Counted from the first letter of the stretch, positions 46,296 through 56,970 are shown. The stretch is DNA of 64,000 nucleotides from Parcubacteria group bacterium Gr01-1014_3 (GCA_007376445.1 VMGF01000001.1:252203-316202), one strand, 5' to 3'. Program-made: numbers and translations. Notes: generated from the letters alone by a model not told the origin.

Positions 46296-46987
46296 TGGCC
46301 GCTGAAAAATTCCCAAGACCTGAAAATTCCGAACATCGAGAATCGCTCGAGCATTTTTTCGCGGAAAGTTTAGCGCGCAAAATAAAAGCCGATGATGATG
46401 AGGCGACTCGGCTCGATAAATATCGAAGACAGGAATATGACCCGGAGGAAAAGGCTATGATTGATCAGCAGATCAAGGATGGTGTTTACACCAAAAAAAA
46501 CGCGCCGATTCCCGCGATTCCCGAAGAAAAGATCGAAAAAATCGAACACGCTAATGCTATCCGGGCTAAAATCCTGGAATCTTGGCCCGTTTTTATGAAA
46601 AAGATTGCCGAATGGAATCCGGAGATGGAGCTTGAGCCGACTATCGAAGACCTGGGTATGACGGCCACGGAATTTATAGACCAAGAAGTGGAAAGAGAGC
46701 CGGAGCAATGGACAATTTTCGCGATGGAGCTAGATGATTTGGCTAACCGTGTTCTCGATGACTTCCAGCAAGCGCCATCACCTGAGGGAGTTATGGAAAC
46801 GGCGCAGAAATTGTTCGTGATCAAGAAAGCTTTCAAAATCCTGGAAAAGACGGATTTTTATTCCAAGGAGGAAGGTGAAGATGAGGATGAAGATATTTGG
46901 CGCGAGACGGCCTCCGTACTGGTGAATAACTTTGAAGATACAATGGAAAGAGCCCGCAATCTTTCCGTTTTCGGCCGCGCGAAATAG
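46295..46987 (+). CDS. Acidic hypothetical protein (230 aa)
   Basis: ORF with E/D-rich composition and no motif. Confidence 0.4.
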   Translation: MAAEKFPRPENSEHRESLEHFFAESLARKIKADDDEATRLDKYRRQEYDPEEKAMIDQQIKDGVYTKKNAPIPAIPEEKIEKIEHANAIRAKILESWPVFMKKIAEWNPEMELEPTIEDLGMTATEFIDQEVEREPEQWTIFAMELDDLANRVLDDFQQAPSPEGVMETAQKLFVIKKAFKILEKTDFYSKEEGEDEDEDIWRETASVLVNNFEDTMERARNLSVFGRAK

Positions 46988-47053
46988 CTGTTGTAGTCTC
47001 TAAAAAAGCTTTGTATAATGACTCCGACCTTAAACGGCCGGAGTTTTCTATAT

Positions 47054-49423
47054 ATGTCACCACAGAAGAAAAAAATCACAAGCAAAATAGTGAAAATATT
47101 GAAATTCGGCGGCTCATCCGTTGGTTCGGCTGAGCGGATTAAGAATGTATGTAGAATTATTTATAATTCTACCCTGAGCTTGTCGAAGGGCGCCCGAATC
47201 GCCGTGGTAGTTTCGGCAATGCAAGGAGTAACCGACAAGCTTTTGGCTTTAAAGATCAAAGAAGTAAAAGAAATTCATCAAAAAGCCGCCGCTGAGCTGA
47301 AAGTGCCTTTCCCGGCGTTCATTTTTCAAGAATTAGAAGCGGTGGAGAGCGGCGCCCGGATGCTTGGCGACTTCTCTCCGATGGTGATGGATCGGGTGGC
47401 GAGTTTCGGCGAGCGATTGTCGGCGGCCTTAGTGGCTTCCTATTTACATAAAAAACTACCGGCGGAAGCCTTGGACGCGCGCGAGGTGGTAAAAACCGAT
47501 AACAATTTTCAAAACGCGGCCGTGGATTTCCCGGCGACCAATCGTGCAATTCAGAATTATTTTAAAAAACATCCGGCAGTCCAGGTAATTACAGGATTTA
47601 TCGGTTCCACTAAAGATAATAAAACCACGACCCTCGGCCGCGGTGGTTCAGATTATTCCGCGGCGATCTTCGGCGCGGCGCTTGGCGTGGAAGCGATCGA
47701 GATTTGGACGGACGCCAACGGAATTTTGAGCGCCGATCCGCGAGTTGTCCCGGAGGCTAAGACTTTACCGGCTGTGAGCTATGAAGAAGCTTTTGAGATG
47801 GCGTACTTTGGCGCCAAGGTTATTCATCCGGCCACGATGGTGCCGGCGATTAAAAAAAGTATTCCGATCGTGATTAAAAATACTTTTAATCCGGCGCATT
47901 CCGGTACATTCATTGGAAATCGAAAATTGAAAATTGAAAATTCTGGTAGTCCCGCTAAGAACATTTCTTCACTTGATGGAATGGCTTTAATTACGGTGGG
48001 CGGTACGGATCTCGCTGGCGTGCCTGGTACGGCGGAGCGGGTTTTTCGCGCGGCAGCTAAAGAAAAAGCCAATATAGTCTTAATTGCCCAGGCTTCTTCC
48101 GAGCACACGATCTGCTTCGCGGTAAAGGAAACGGAAGCGGAACGAGCTATTCGCGGCTTGAAAGCGGAATTTGATCTCGAAATTGGCCGGGGGAAGATGT
48201 CGATAGAAGTTCGTAAGGGCCAGAGCGTAGTAGCGGTAGTCGGTGACGGAATGCGAGGCGTTCCAGGAATCTCCGGTAAAATTTTTGATGTATTGGGCAA
48301 AGAAAAAATTAACGTTAATGCTATCGCTCAGGGCGGCTCAGAGAAAAATATTTCATTAGTAGTTCAAGAAAGCGATAAGGCGGTGGCCGTGCAGGCAGTT
48401 CACCGGATTTTGTTTGAAAAATCATTAACACCGGCTATTTTCATTATCGGCGCCGGCAATGTTGGCGGGGAGCTTCTTAGACAGCTTAATGAAAGAATCA
48501 AGAATCAGGAATTAAGAATCAGGATTTGTGGAATTGCCGATTCAAATAAAATGCACCTTGAGGAAGGCGGCATTGATTTAAAAAATTGGAAAAAACCGCT
48601 GGCCGCATCCGCAACCAAAATGAACCTGGATAATTTCTTAAAGGAGGTTCAAAAAAACAGGTCGGATAAGAAAGTTTTAGTGGATTGCACGGCGAGCGAA
48701 CCGATCGCGAAAAGATATTCTGAATTCGTGGCGGCGGGGTGCGATATCGTGACTCCGAATAAAAAGGCCAACGTGCTCCCGATGGCGAAATATACTGCTT
48801 TCCGGAAAGTTTTGGAAAAATATGGAAAAACTTTCCATTATCAGGCCAATGTCGGCGCCGGGTTGCCGGTTTTGGACTCGGTAAAAGGTTTAGTATCGGT
48901 GGGCGATAGCATAAAAAAGATCGAGGGAATTTTCTCTGGTACCTTGAGCTACCTTTTTAATAATTTCGATGGTAAGAAAAAATTCAGCGAACTGGTTTTG
49001 GATGCGAAAGCGAAAGGCTATACCGAGCCGGATCCGAAAGAGGACCTGAGTGGGCAGGATGTTGGTAGGAAACTTCTGATCCTGGCGAGAGCTACTGGCC
49101 TACCGGCTGAACTTTCGGAGGTGGTTTTAGAAAATCTGGCTGAATATAATGATCAGCAGATGGCGAATAAGCTGAAAAAGGCTAAGGCCAAGAAGTGCGT
49201 CCTACGATATGTTGGTTCTGTACAAGGTGGTCGGTTATCCGCTAAATTAAAGGAGATTCCGCTAGATAACCCATTAGCCCATGTAAGCGGAGCCGATAAT
49301 ATAGTCGCAATCTATAGCGGGTACTATAAAAATCAGCCGTTGGTCATAAAAGGGCCTGGCGCCGGAGCAGAAGTGACCGCTGCGGCCGTGTTGAGGGGTA
49401 TTATAAGAGCAATTCAAAATTAA
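47054..49423 (+). CDS. thrA: Bifunctional aspartokinase / homoserine dehydrogenase
   Basis: N-terminal aspartokinase (KILKFGGSSVGS), ACT domains, and a C-terminal homoserine dehydrogenase Rossmann fold (IIGAGNVGGELL). The start is likely ATG 47054; the listed ORF starts at 47018. It contains in-frame (gaaaatt)3 and (aagaatc)n repeats. Confidence 0.8.
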   Translation: MSPQKKKITSKIVKILKFGGSSVGSAERIKNVCRIIYNSTLSLSKGARIAVVVSAMQGVTDKLLALKIKEVKEIHQKAAAELKVPFPAFIFQELEAVESGARMLGDFSPMVMDRVASFGERLSAALVASYLHKKLPAEALDAREVVKTDNNFQNAAVDFPATNRAIQNYFKKHPAVQVITGFIGSTKDNKTTTLGRGGSDYSAAIFGAALGVEAIEIWTDANGILSADPRVVPEAKTLPAVSYEEAFEMAYFGAKVIHPATMVPAIKKSIPIVIKNTFNPAHSGTFIGNRKLKIENSGSPAKNISSLDGMALITVGGTDLAGVPGTAERVFRAAAKEKANIVLIAQASSEHTICFAVKETEAERAIRGLKAEFDLEIGRGKMSIEVRKGQSVVAVVGDGMRGVPGISGKIFDVLGKEKINVNAIAQGGSEKNISLVVQESDKAVAVQAVHRILFEKSLTPAIFIIGAGNVGGELLRQLNERIKNQELRIRICGIADSNKMHLEEGGIDLKNWKKPLAASATKMNLDNFLKEVQKNRSDKKVLVDCTASEPIAKRYSEFVAAGCDIVTPNKKANVLPMAKYTAFRKVLEKYGKTFHYQANVGAGLPVLDSVKGLVSVGDSIKKIEGIFSGTLSYLFNNFDGKKKFSELVLDAKAKGYTEPDPKEDLSGQDVGRKLLILARATGLPAELSEVVLENLAEYNDQQMANKLKKAKAKKCVLRYVGSVQGGRLSAKLKEIPLDNPLAHVSGADNIVAIYSGYYKNQPLVIKGPGAGAEVTAAAVLRGIIRAIQN

Positions 49424-49639
49424 ATGACCATAGAAAAACCAAAATCTCCAGAATCGGAATTTCCAAAATATGAAAACCTTTCCGAGTTACAAAAAGAAAT
49501 GTTAAAAGGCCAATTTGGCATTGAAGACGCGGAAACTTATGATTTCGCTATGGATGCTAGTATCACCAAAGGAGAAAATCCTTTCACACCAGAGGAAGTC
49601 CGAGAATGTCTAAAACAGGCCATGGAGGGAGAACAATAA
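49424..49639 (+). CDS. Small hypothetical protein (71 aa)
   Basis: ORF only, translationally coupled to thrA. Confidence 0.3.
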   Translation: MTIEKPKSPESEFPKYENLSELQKEMLKGQFGIEDAETYDFAMDASITKGENPFTPEEVRECLKQAMEGEQ

Positions 49640-49643
49640 AAAT

Positions 49644-50042
49644 ATGAAATTAGAAACCAAAACACCGAAGATCGAGAGAAAGCCTTTAACCAAGGAGCAG
49701 AAAGAGATATTAAGCGATATCGGCTTTCGAGGCCTTAGCGCGCTGGAAAAATTCGTTAAGGAATATCCAGACTGGGAAGGCACGAAATATTTTAACGTAG
49801 TGTTGGAAGAATTGTGGGAGGAAGAGGGCTATGAAGGGCCAAGCTCCGAGGGCATTGGTTCTGTATCGCCAATTACCGAAAAAGAAGCGGATGAATTACT
49901 GGAAGCTGTTCGCGCAAAAGAAGAGGAGCCAGAAGAGGGTCTGCCCTTAACTAAGGAGGAAGCGCCCTGGGTTTTTGAAAAAGAAAAGGAAAAGAACGCC
50001 ATCCAAAAAGTCTGGGCAGACATCAAGAAATTATTTGAATAA
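49644..50042 (+). CDS. Acidic hypothetical protein (132 aa)
   Basis: ORF only. Confidence 0.3.
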   Translation: MKLETKTPKIERKPLTKEQKEILSDIGFRGLSALEKFVKEYPDWEGTKYFNVVLEELWEEEGYEGPSSEGIGSVSPITEKEADELLEAVRAKEEEPEEGLPLTKEEAPWVFEKEKEKNAIQKVWADIKKLFE

Positions 50043-51124
50043 TGGATAAAGAGAAATCGTTTAAAAAACTGAAGGTTGGAATTCTTGGCGCGACCGGCAC
50101 GGTCGGGCAGAAGTTTATCGTGTTATTACAAAATCATCCGTGGTTTGAGATTTCCGCGCTGGCCGCCTCCAAAGAATCCGCAGGAAAAACCTACGAAGAG
50201 GCCGTTAAGGGCCGCTGGAAGCAGGAGGTGGATATTCCGGAATCAATCCGCGGCATTGTAATCCAGGACGCTTCTAAGCCGAATCTGAAATGTGATTTTG
50301 TGTTTTCTGGTCTTGACGCCGGAGTGGCAGGGGAGATCGAGAAAGCTTTTGCCGCCGCCGGTTATGGCGTGATTTCCAACACGAAAAATTATCGCACCGA
50401 GCAGGATGTGCCGCTGATGGTGCCGGAAGTTAATCCCGATCACGCTTCAATCATTCCTTTCCAACAAAAACGCCGTAAGTGGACAGGTTTTATCGTGACC
50501 AATCCGAATTGCGTGGTGGTGCCACTCGTGATGGCGTTAAAACCAGTGATGGATAAGTTCGGTGTCAGTAAAATTATGCTGACTTCGATGCAGGCCATTT
50601 CTGGCGCTGGTTATCCGGGCGTGCCATCGCTAGATATTTTAGATAATGTGATTCCGATGATCGGCGGCGAGGAGCCGAAAGTAGAATGGGAACCACTCAA
50701 ACTTCTTGGTGACGTAAAAAAAGACGGATTCAAATTGGCCAATATCAAAATTTCCGCGCAGTGCAACCGGGTGCCTACCAAAGATGGCCATTTTTTGACG
50801 GTGGCTTTCAGCACGCGTAAACCGGCGAAAGTGGGGGAGATCAAGCGTTTAATTAAAAACTTCAAAGGCGAGCCGCAGAAAATGAAGCTACCTAGCGCGC
50901 CGCAAAAACCGCTTTTTTATCATGAAGATGAATATCGTCCGCAAACTAGACTAGATCGGGATCGGGAAGGCGGCATGTCAGTTTCCGTCGGTCGTTTGCG
51001 AGAAGACGCGGTGCTCGATTTCAAAATGGTGGTCTTGGGCCACAACACTATCCGCGGCGCCGCCGGCGCGGCAATCTTAAACGCGGAGCTTCTACACAAG
51101 AAGGGTTATTTAAAAGCCCGTTAA
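50042..51124 (+). CDS. asd: Aspartate-semialdehyde dehydrogenase
   Basis: N-terminal NAD(P)-binding motif GILGATGTVGQ, an active-site Cys region, and a C-terminal dimerisation domain. Confidence 0.85.
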   Translation: MDKEKSFKKLKVGILGATGTVGQKFIVLLQNHPWFEISALAASKESAGKTYEEAVKGRWKQEVDIPESIRGIVIQDASKPNLKCDFVFSGLDAGVAGEIEKAFAAAGYGVISNTKNYRTEQDVPLMVPEVNPDHASIIPFQQKRRKWTGFIVTNPNCVVVPLVMALKPVMDKFGVSKIMLTSMQAISGAGYPGVPSLDILDNVIPMIGGEEPKVEWEPLKLLGDVKKDGFKLANIKISAQCNRVPTKDGHFLTVAFSTRKPAKVGEIKRLIKNFKGEPQKMKLPSAPQKPLFYHEDEYRPQTRLDRDREGGMSVSVGRLREDAVLDFKMVVLGHNTIRGAAGAAILNAELLHKKGYLKAR

Positions 51125-51128
51125 ATTT

Positions 51129-51623
51129 ATGCGCGGCATTACTCTAATCGGCATGCCGGGGGCGGGGAAGTCTACGATCGGAAAACAGCTCGCCAAAAAG
51201 CTGGATTATTATTTTTTGGATTTGGATGTTCTCATCAAAGAAAAAGAGGGCCAGACGCACGCGGCGATCGCCAAGGCCAAGGGCGATACCGAACTCCTTC
51301 GCCTGGAAGAGGAGTACGCGCTTGGACTGACTTTAGATAAAACGGTTTTTTCTCCTGGTGGGAGTATCGTTTATTCAGAGCCTGCGATGGACAAGCTTAG
51401 AAAAGAAACGGAAATTTTTTATTTAGAATTACCTTTCACGGAAATTCAACGACGACTTGGCCGCGGCGCCAAGGATAGGGGAATAATCGGTCTCGCAGAA
51501 AAAGGACTTCGCGGCCTTTATGATGAGCGCTCCATTTTATACAAGAAATTCGCGGATCATATTATAAATTGCCACAGAGTTTCGGATGAAGAAGTGGTTA
51601 AAGAAATAAATGCTTTTTTATAG
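51129..51623 (+). CDS. P-loop kinase of the shikimate-kinase/AAA-lid family embedded in the threonine operon
   Basis: P-loop GMPGAGKST, 164 aa, located between asd and thrC where homoserine kinase would be expected. Confidence 0.55.
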   Translation: MRGITLIGMPGAGKSTIGKQLAKKLDYYFLDLDVLIKEKEGQTHAAIAKAKGDTELLRLEEEYALGLTLDKTVFSPGGSIVYSEPAMDKLRKETEIFYLELPFTEIQRRLGRGAKDRGIIGLAEKGLRGLYDERSILYKKFADHIINCHRVSDEEVVKEINAFL

Positions 51624-52881
51624 CACCAACGGAAAATCCAAGCCGGTGGATTTTAAAACCGCGCTTTTACGTGGTTTGGCGGAGGACGGGGGACTCTACA
51701 TGCCCAACGAGTTGGGCAATTTTCAATTTTCAATTTCTAATTTTCAATTTTGGAAGATTTTAAAAAACTTTATAGATATTCCAGAAAAGGATTTAGAAAA
51801 AATCTGCGCGGAAGCATTTAATTTTCCGGTGCCGCTAGTGCGAATAAGCAAAGATATACATGTCTTGGAGCTGTTTCACGGCCGAACACTTTCCTTCAAA
51901 GATTTCGGCGCGCGATTTATGGCGCGAGTGATGGATTATTACATGAGAATAAAGAATCAAGAATTAGGAATTAAGGAAAAATTAAATATTGTTGTCGCAA
52001 CCTCGGGCGACACAGGGAGCGCCGTGGCCAACGGATTTTATGGTTTATCCAACATCAAAGTCTTTGTTTTGTATCCGAGCAAACGGGTGAGTGAGCTGCA
52101 GGAAAAACAGATGACGACTTTAGGAAAAAATATCGTAGCCTTGGAGGTACAGGGTGACTTTGATGATTGTCAGCGTCTCGCCAAGCAAGCCTTGGCCGAT
52201 TCGAATCTGAGAAAAGAGAAAAATCTTTCTTCGGCGAACTCTATAAATATTGGCCGACTTTTACCGCAGATGTTTTATTACTTTGAAGGCGTAAAACAAC
52301 TTGGTAAACAGGCGGTGTTCGTGGTGCCAAGCGGGAATTTCGGCAATCTGACTGCCGGTTTGTTTGCCAAAAATTTAGGTTTGCCGATTGAGCGGTTTAT
52401 CGCGGCCGTTAATATCAATTCCGCTATCCCCCGTTTTTTGGAGTCTGGCAAAATGGAAATTCGCAAAACACGTTTAACGCTCTCTAACGCGATGGACGTC
52501 GGAAGCCCCAGCAACTGGGCTCGGATTGCCGATTTATATGAGGGAAATCGGGAAAAAATTCAGAAAGATATTTCGGCAGTTACGATCAGCGAAGAAGAGA
52601 CGCATGAAACAATTAAAAAGGTTTACCAGGAGTTTGGCTATATAGCCGATCCGCACACGGCCGTTGGTTTGGCGGCGGCGATGAAAGATACAAGCCGATC
52701 TCCAAAAATAGTCTTAGCGACCGCTCACCCGGCTAAATTCAAAGAGACCGTGGAAGAAGCAATTGGAAGCAAAATCAGTTTGCCACCCGCCTTATCTAAA
52801 CTACGTGGAAAAACTAAAAAAAGCATAGTAATCGGTAAAAACTATTCGGAATTATACTTACAACTTACGACTAATAACTAA
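51610..52881 (+). CDS. thrC: Threonine synthase
   Basis: PLP-lysine region LELFHGRTLSFKDFGARFMA and a glycine-rich SGNFGNLTAG loop. Its N-terminal variable region contains the (aattttc)5 repeat. Confidence 0.85.
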   Translation: MLFYSTNGKSKPVDFKTALLRGLAEDGGLYMPNELGNFQFSISNFQFWKILKNFIDIPEKDLEKICAEAFNFPVPLVRISKDIHVLELFHGRTLSFKDFGARFMARVMDYYMRIKNQELGIKEKLNIVVATSGDTGSAVANGFYGLSNIKVFVLYPSKRVSELQEKQMTTLGKNIVALEVQGDFDDCQRLAKQALADSNLRKEKNLSSANSINIGRLLPQMFYYFEGVKQLGKQAVFVVPSGNFGNLTAGLFAKNLGLPIERFIAAVNINSAIPRFLESGKMEIRKTRLTLSNAMDVGSPSNWARIADLYEGNREKIQKDISAVTISEEETHETIKKVYQEFGYIADPHTAVGLAAAMKDTSRSPKIVLATAHPAKFKETVEEAIGSKISLPPALSKLRGKTKKSIVIGKNYSELYLQLTTNN

Positions 52882-52885
52882 TAAC

Positions 52886-53332
52886 TTATATTCCGGTACT
52901 GCCAAAACCACCTCGGCTTTCGCCTTCAAGATTTTCTACCTCTTCCCATTCGATCTTTTCATAGGGACGGAAAATTATTTGCGCGATCCGGTCGCCGCGT
53001 TCGATCGTGACCGGTTTATCGGTGAAGTTATAAATTGCCGCGCGGTACTCATCTTTATTGCCGGAAAAATCCTCGTCACCGATGCCGATGCCGTTAGCCA
53101 ACATAAGTCCTTTTTTGGGAAGCGAGCTTCTTGCAGCGAGCATCACGTAGTGATTTTTCGGAGGTTTAATACAGATGTTTAACGGAACTAGCGTAAGCTT
53201 GCCCGGTTCAGCGATAGTTGTTTCGCGCGCCGCGCAATCCAAAGCGGCAGCCCCAGGAGTTTTATATTCCGGAAGCGGAAGAGATTTATCGATACGCTTG
53301 ATTTTCGCTTTCATTCCTTTAATATTAACCAA
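52886..53332 (-). CDS. dut: dUTP diphosphatase
   Basis: dUTPase motifs (GIGDEDFSGN, RGDRIAQII) in a 148-aa protein. Confidence 0.8.
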   Translation of the reverse strand: MVNIKGMKAKIKRIDKSLPLPEYKTPGAAALDCAARETTIAEPGKLTLVPLNICIKPPKNHYVMLAARSSLPKKGLMLANGIGIGDEDFSGNKDEYRAAIYNFTDKPVTIERGDRIAQIIFRPYEKIEWEEVENLEGESRGGFGSTGI

Positions 53333-53369
53333 GACGTAGATCCTTTACAATTAAATAAGGGAGCAATCT

Positions 53370-54020
53370 ATGAAGGGCAATCGCGGAATTTTCATAGTTT
53401 TTGAAGGTGGTGAAGGCAGTGGCAAGAGCACCCAGGCCAAGCTTTTGTATGAAGAACTGGTAAGTAAAGGCTGGCCTATGTTTCTCACGAAAGAACCGGG
53501 CGGTGATGATGGAGTCTGTAAGGATATCCGGACGGTACTCCTGAACCCAAAATATAAGGGTTCGATGGATCCGAAGACCGAGTTGATGCTTTTTGCGGCT
53601 GATCGCGCCCAGCATGTTGGGCAGGTTTTGGAGCCGGAGATCAAAAATGGGAAGTTGGTGATTTGTGATCGATATGAAGGCTCGACCTTTGCTTATCAGT
53701 GCGCCGCGCGCGGATTTTCGATCCAGGCGTTTGAAATGCTTAATCAATACGCGACCGGTGGATTGAAACCAAATTTTATTTTTTGGCTGGACATTGATCC
53801 TGAGATTGGCTTGAAGCGGAATGTCGAGGTTAGTAAACGGGATCGGTTTGAGATGGAGGATGTGTCGTTCCACAAAAATGTGCGGGTCGGCTATGAGGAA
53901 TATTTCAAGAACATGGAACCGAGAAAATACCTAAAGCTGGACGCGTCGAGACCGATCGATGAACTTCATAAAGAAATTGTTTTGAAGGTCGTTTATATGA
54001 TCAGAAGCGGCCTTTATTAA
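53370..54020 (+). CDS. tmk: Thymidylate kinase
   Basis: P-loop FEGGEGSGKST and a DRY-like motif (CDRY). Confidence 0.85.
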   Translation: MKGNRGIFIVFEGGEGSGKSTQAKLLYEELVSKGWPMFLTKEPGGDDGVCKDIRTVLLNPKYKGSMDPKTELMLFAADRAQHVGQVLEPEIKNGKLVICDRYEGSTFAYQCAARGFSIQAFEMLNQYATGGLKPNFIFWLDIDPEIGLKRNVEVSKRDRFEMEDVSFHKNVRVGYEEYFKNMEPRKYLKLDASRPIDELHKEIVLKVVYMIRSGLY

Positions 54021-54076
54021 ACCCCCAATTGGGGGTTTTCTTTTTATCATATTTACGATAGAATTCGTTCAGCAAT

Positions 54077-54583
54077 TTGAAAGGAGCCGATATGGCCGTG
54101 GAAGACCTGATGCGTTTGTTGACGGAAGATCAGATTGAATATTTCATGGGCCTAGCCATTCAAGAGGCAGAAAAAGGATTGGCGGAGGGCGGAATTCCAA
54201 TCGGTTCGGTTTTGGCCGAAGCGAGCGATGGACGTTGTTGGCATACTTACGCGGGTCACAATCAGCGAGTTCAGAAGAGCGATCCAATCCTTCACGCGGA
54301 GATGGACTGCCTCAAGAACGCCGGACGACTCCGCTCGGATGTTTACCAGGAGTCGGTACTCTTCTCGACGCTTTCGCCTTGCGATATGTGCAGCGGCGCG
54401 GTCTTGCTTTATAAAATTCCGATCGTGGTGATCGGCGAGAACGAGACTTTCAGGGGCCCCGAAGCCTACCTTATGTCTATGGGCGTTAAGCTGATCCGCA
54501 TGAATGATTCTCGTTGCATCAAGCTAATGCGGGACTTTATCAAAAAGAATCCCAAGCTTTGGAATGAGGATATAGGAGTTTAG
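54077..54583 (+). CDS. CMP/dCMP-type zinc deaminase (cytosine/deoxycytidylate deaminase-like)
   Basis: HAEMDCL and SPCDMCSGAV zinc-binding motifs. Confidence 0.7.
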   Translation: MKGADMAVEDLMRLLTEDQIEYFMGLAIQEAEKGLAEGGIPIGSVLAEASDGRCWHTYAGHNQRVQKSDPILHAEMDCLKNAGRLRSDVYQESVLFSTLSPCDMCSGAVLLYKIPIVVIGENETFRGPEAYLMSMGVKLIRMNDSRCIKLMRDFIKKNPKLWNEDIGV

Positions 54584-54585
54584 TA

Positions 54586-54750
54586 TGGGTAGCAAAAGAA
54601 AGAAGAGACAGAGGATCTTTATTTCCACTCCATATCCCGACCCGAAAGCAACGGCAAAGATGTTTGGACTTTCTAAGAGAGAAGTTCAGCGGGTGGAAAA
54701 AATAGTAGAGAAGGTGACGGGAAATAAAAAGAAATCTAAACGGCGATAAG
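54586..54750 (+). CDS. Small basic protein (54 aa), candidate
   Basis: taggag RBS, a K/R-rich sequence, and the terminator hairpin aacggcg-ataa-gccgtt plus T7 at the stop. It is below the 60-aa ORF-track cutoff. Confidence 0.3.
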
Positions 54751-54866
54751 CCGTTTTTTTAATTTTGATATTAGCGAAGTCTAACTTCGCTAAAAATTAT
54801 ATTTATATAGATAAAAGCCAAGTCAGACTTGGCCCTCGCAAACTCGTGAACCGAGTTTGACTCGGG

Positions 54867-54938
54867 AGCGGGTAACGGGAGTCGAACCCGTATCTAAACC
54901 TTGGCAAGGTTTTATAATAGCCGCTATACGATACCCGC
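54867..54938 (-). tRNA. tRNA-Gly (anticodon GCC)
   Basis: Read from the reverse complement: acceptor gcgggta/tacccgc, anticodon stem aaacc/ggttt with loop uuGCCaa, and T-arm acggg-ttcgact-cccgt. The D-stem is weak. Confidence 0.7.
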
Positions 54939-55079
54939 AATATTAACTTTAGAAGAAATAACCGGCGACAAGACCCACGATAACGATTACCGCAAAGGTT
55001 ATTTGAAGAGCCTTTTTAGCCTTGGTCATCATTGCGTGTCTTGCTGAATATCATATAAAATAATATGATATAGCGCAAG

Positions 55080-56915
55080 ATGAAAAAGCTCTCTTCTAAC
55101 ATCGTTTGGGCGGTCGCGACTCTCTTTATTTTGACGGTCGTTTTTTCTTTTTTGATCCAATCTGGCCCGGAGCCCGTGGCGCTAACCATCAATCAGCTGG
55201 TTGAAAAGGTGAATAATGGCGATGTGGCGAAGATCATGATTAGCGGTCAGGACATCGAGGTTACCCTCAAGGATAAAACTACCTCTACGCTGAAAAAGGA
55301 AAGCGAAGCGCCACTCACCGACACTCTGAAGAACTTGGGGGTAGATACCTTTGAACTTCAAAAAGTGGCCCTGGAGGTGAAGGATGAATCGGGAGTCAGA
55401 TTTTGGTTGGGAGTTCTGGTTCCAACCTTGCTTCCATTGATAGTTATCGTGGCAATCTTCTGGTTCGTGTTCCGCCAAGCCAAAGGCGGTGCTTCTCAGG
55501 CCTTTACCTTCGGCAAAGCGAATATCCGGTTATTCACTCCATTTAAAGACCGGGTCACTTTCAAGGATGTCGCCGGTTTGAAAGAAGCCAAGCGAGAACT
55601 TGAAGAAGTAGTCGACTTTTTAAAAAATCCGAAAAAGTATTTAGCGATCGGCGCCAGGATTCCACGCGGCGTTTTGTTGATGGGATCTCCGGGTACAGGA
55701 AAAACTTTATTGGCGAGAGCGGTGGCGGGCGAAGCTGGTGTGCCGTTCTTCCACATTTCCGCTTCTGAATTCGTGGAAATGTTTGTGGGTGTGGGCGCGT
55801 CTAGAACTCGGGACGCGTTTACGACCGCTAAAAAAGCGGCTCCGGCAATTTTGTTTATTGATGAGATTGACGCGGTTGGCCGCGAGCGCGGCACCGGTGT
55901 TGGAGGTGGTCATGACGAGCGGGAACAGACTCTTAACCAGATATTAGTAGAAATGGATGGTTTCGAGCGGGACGCTCGTTTAATCGTGTTGGCGGCCACG
56001 AATCGGCCAGATGTTTTGGACGCGGCTTTGTTAAGGCCGGGACGTTTTGACCGCCGGGTAATGTTGGATTTGCCGGACAAAAAAGATCGTGAAGCAATTT
56101 TGAAAATTCACGCTCGAGGCAAGGCCTTCGAGAAAGATATCGATCTTGCTAAGGCGGCGACCCGCACCCCGGGATTTTCTGGCGCTGACTTGGCTAATCT
56201 TTTGAACGAAGCGGCGATTTTAGCAGCCAGCAAAAACCAGGCCACGATCTTACAGGAAGATGTTTTAAATTCCGTTGAAAAAGTTTTGCTGGGTCCGGCG
56301 CGTCTGGGTCGCGTCATTTCCGACAAAGAGCGCGCGGTGACGGCATATCATGAAGCCGGTCACGCCTTGGTTACCGCCAGCTTGAAAGACACCGATCCGG
56401 TACATAAAGTCTCTATCGTCAGCCGTGGCCGAGCTGGTGGATATACTTTGAAACTCCCATCAGATGAGCAGAGATTAAAAACTCGCACTCAATTTATTTC
56501 CGAGTTGGCCGCGATGCTAGGTGGTTTCGTGTCGGAACAGGAGACTTTTGGCGATGTTACCACTGGCGCGTCAAATGATCTTAAGGAAGCCTCGAATTTG
56601 GCCCGTAGCCTAGTGGTTAAATATGGCATGAGCGAAAAGCTGGGCCCGATGACCTTTGGAAATACCCAGGAACTGATTTTCTTGGGCAGGGAAATTTCCC
56701 ATGAGCGTAATTATTCTGAGCAAGTTGCTTCGGAGATCGATAGAGAAGTTAGCGCGTTTATTCAAAGAGCTCACCTGATCGCGAAAAAGATAATTACAAC
56801 TCGCGCTAAGACCCTGAAGGTGATTGCCGACGCTTTATTGGAGAAAGAAAATTTAGAACAAGAAGAGTTTGACGAAATTATGAAAAAATCCGGCTTGAAG
56901 CCGATGGCGATTTAA
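55080..56915 (+). CDS. ftsH: ATP-dependent zinc metalloprotease FtsH
   Basis: N-terminal TM helices, AAA+ Walker A (GSPGTGKT) and Walker B plus the SRH region, and the protease HEAGH motif. Confidence 0.9.
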   Translation: MKKLSSNIVWAVATLFILTVVFSFLIQSGPEPVALTINQLVEKVNNGDVAKIMISGQDIEVTLKDKTTSTLKKESEAPLTDTLKNLGVDTFELQKVALEVKDESGVRFWLGVLVPTLLPLIVIVAIFWFVFRQAKGGASQAFTFGKANIRLFTPFKDRVTFKDVAGLKEAKRELEEVVDFLKNPKKYLAIGARIPRGVLLMGSPGTGKTLLARAVAGEAGVPFFHISASEFVEMFVGVGASRTRDAFTTAKKAAPAILFIDEIDAVGRERGTGVGGGHDEREQTLNQILVEMDGFERDARLIVLAATNRPDVLDAALLRPGRFDRRVMLDLPDKKDREAILKIHARGKAFEKDIDLAKAATRTPGFSGADLANLLNEAAILAASKNQATILQEDVLNSVEKVLLGPARLGRVISDKERAVTAYHEAGHALVTASLKDTDPVHKVSIVSRGRAGGYTLKLPSDEQRLKTRTQFISELAAMLGGFVSEQETFGDVTTGASNDLKEASNLARSLVVKYGMSEKLGPMTFGNTQELIFLGREISHERNYSEQVASEIDREVSAFIQRAHLIAKKIITTRAKTLKVIADALLEKENLEQEEFDEIMKKSGLKPMAI

Positions 56916-56920
56916 TATGA

Positions 56921-56970
56921 AACCCCGCCCTTTCTAAGACTTCAAAGAAAGGGCGGGGTTTTTAGTTTTT
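56921..56970 (+). terminator. Rho-independent terminator (ccccgccctttct ... agaaagggcgggg plus T-run)
   Basis: A 15-bp stem. A near-identical copy occurs at 61168..61214. Confidence 0.65.
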
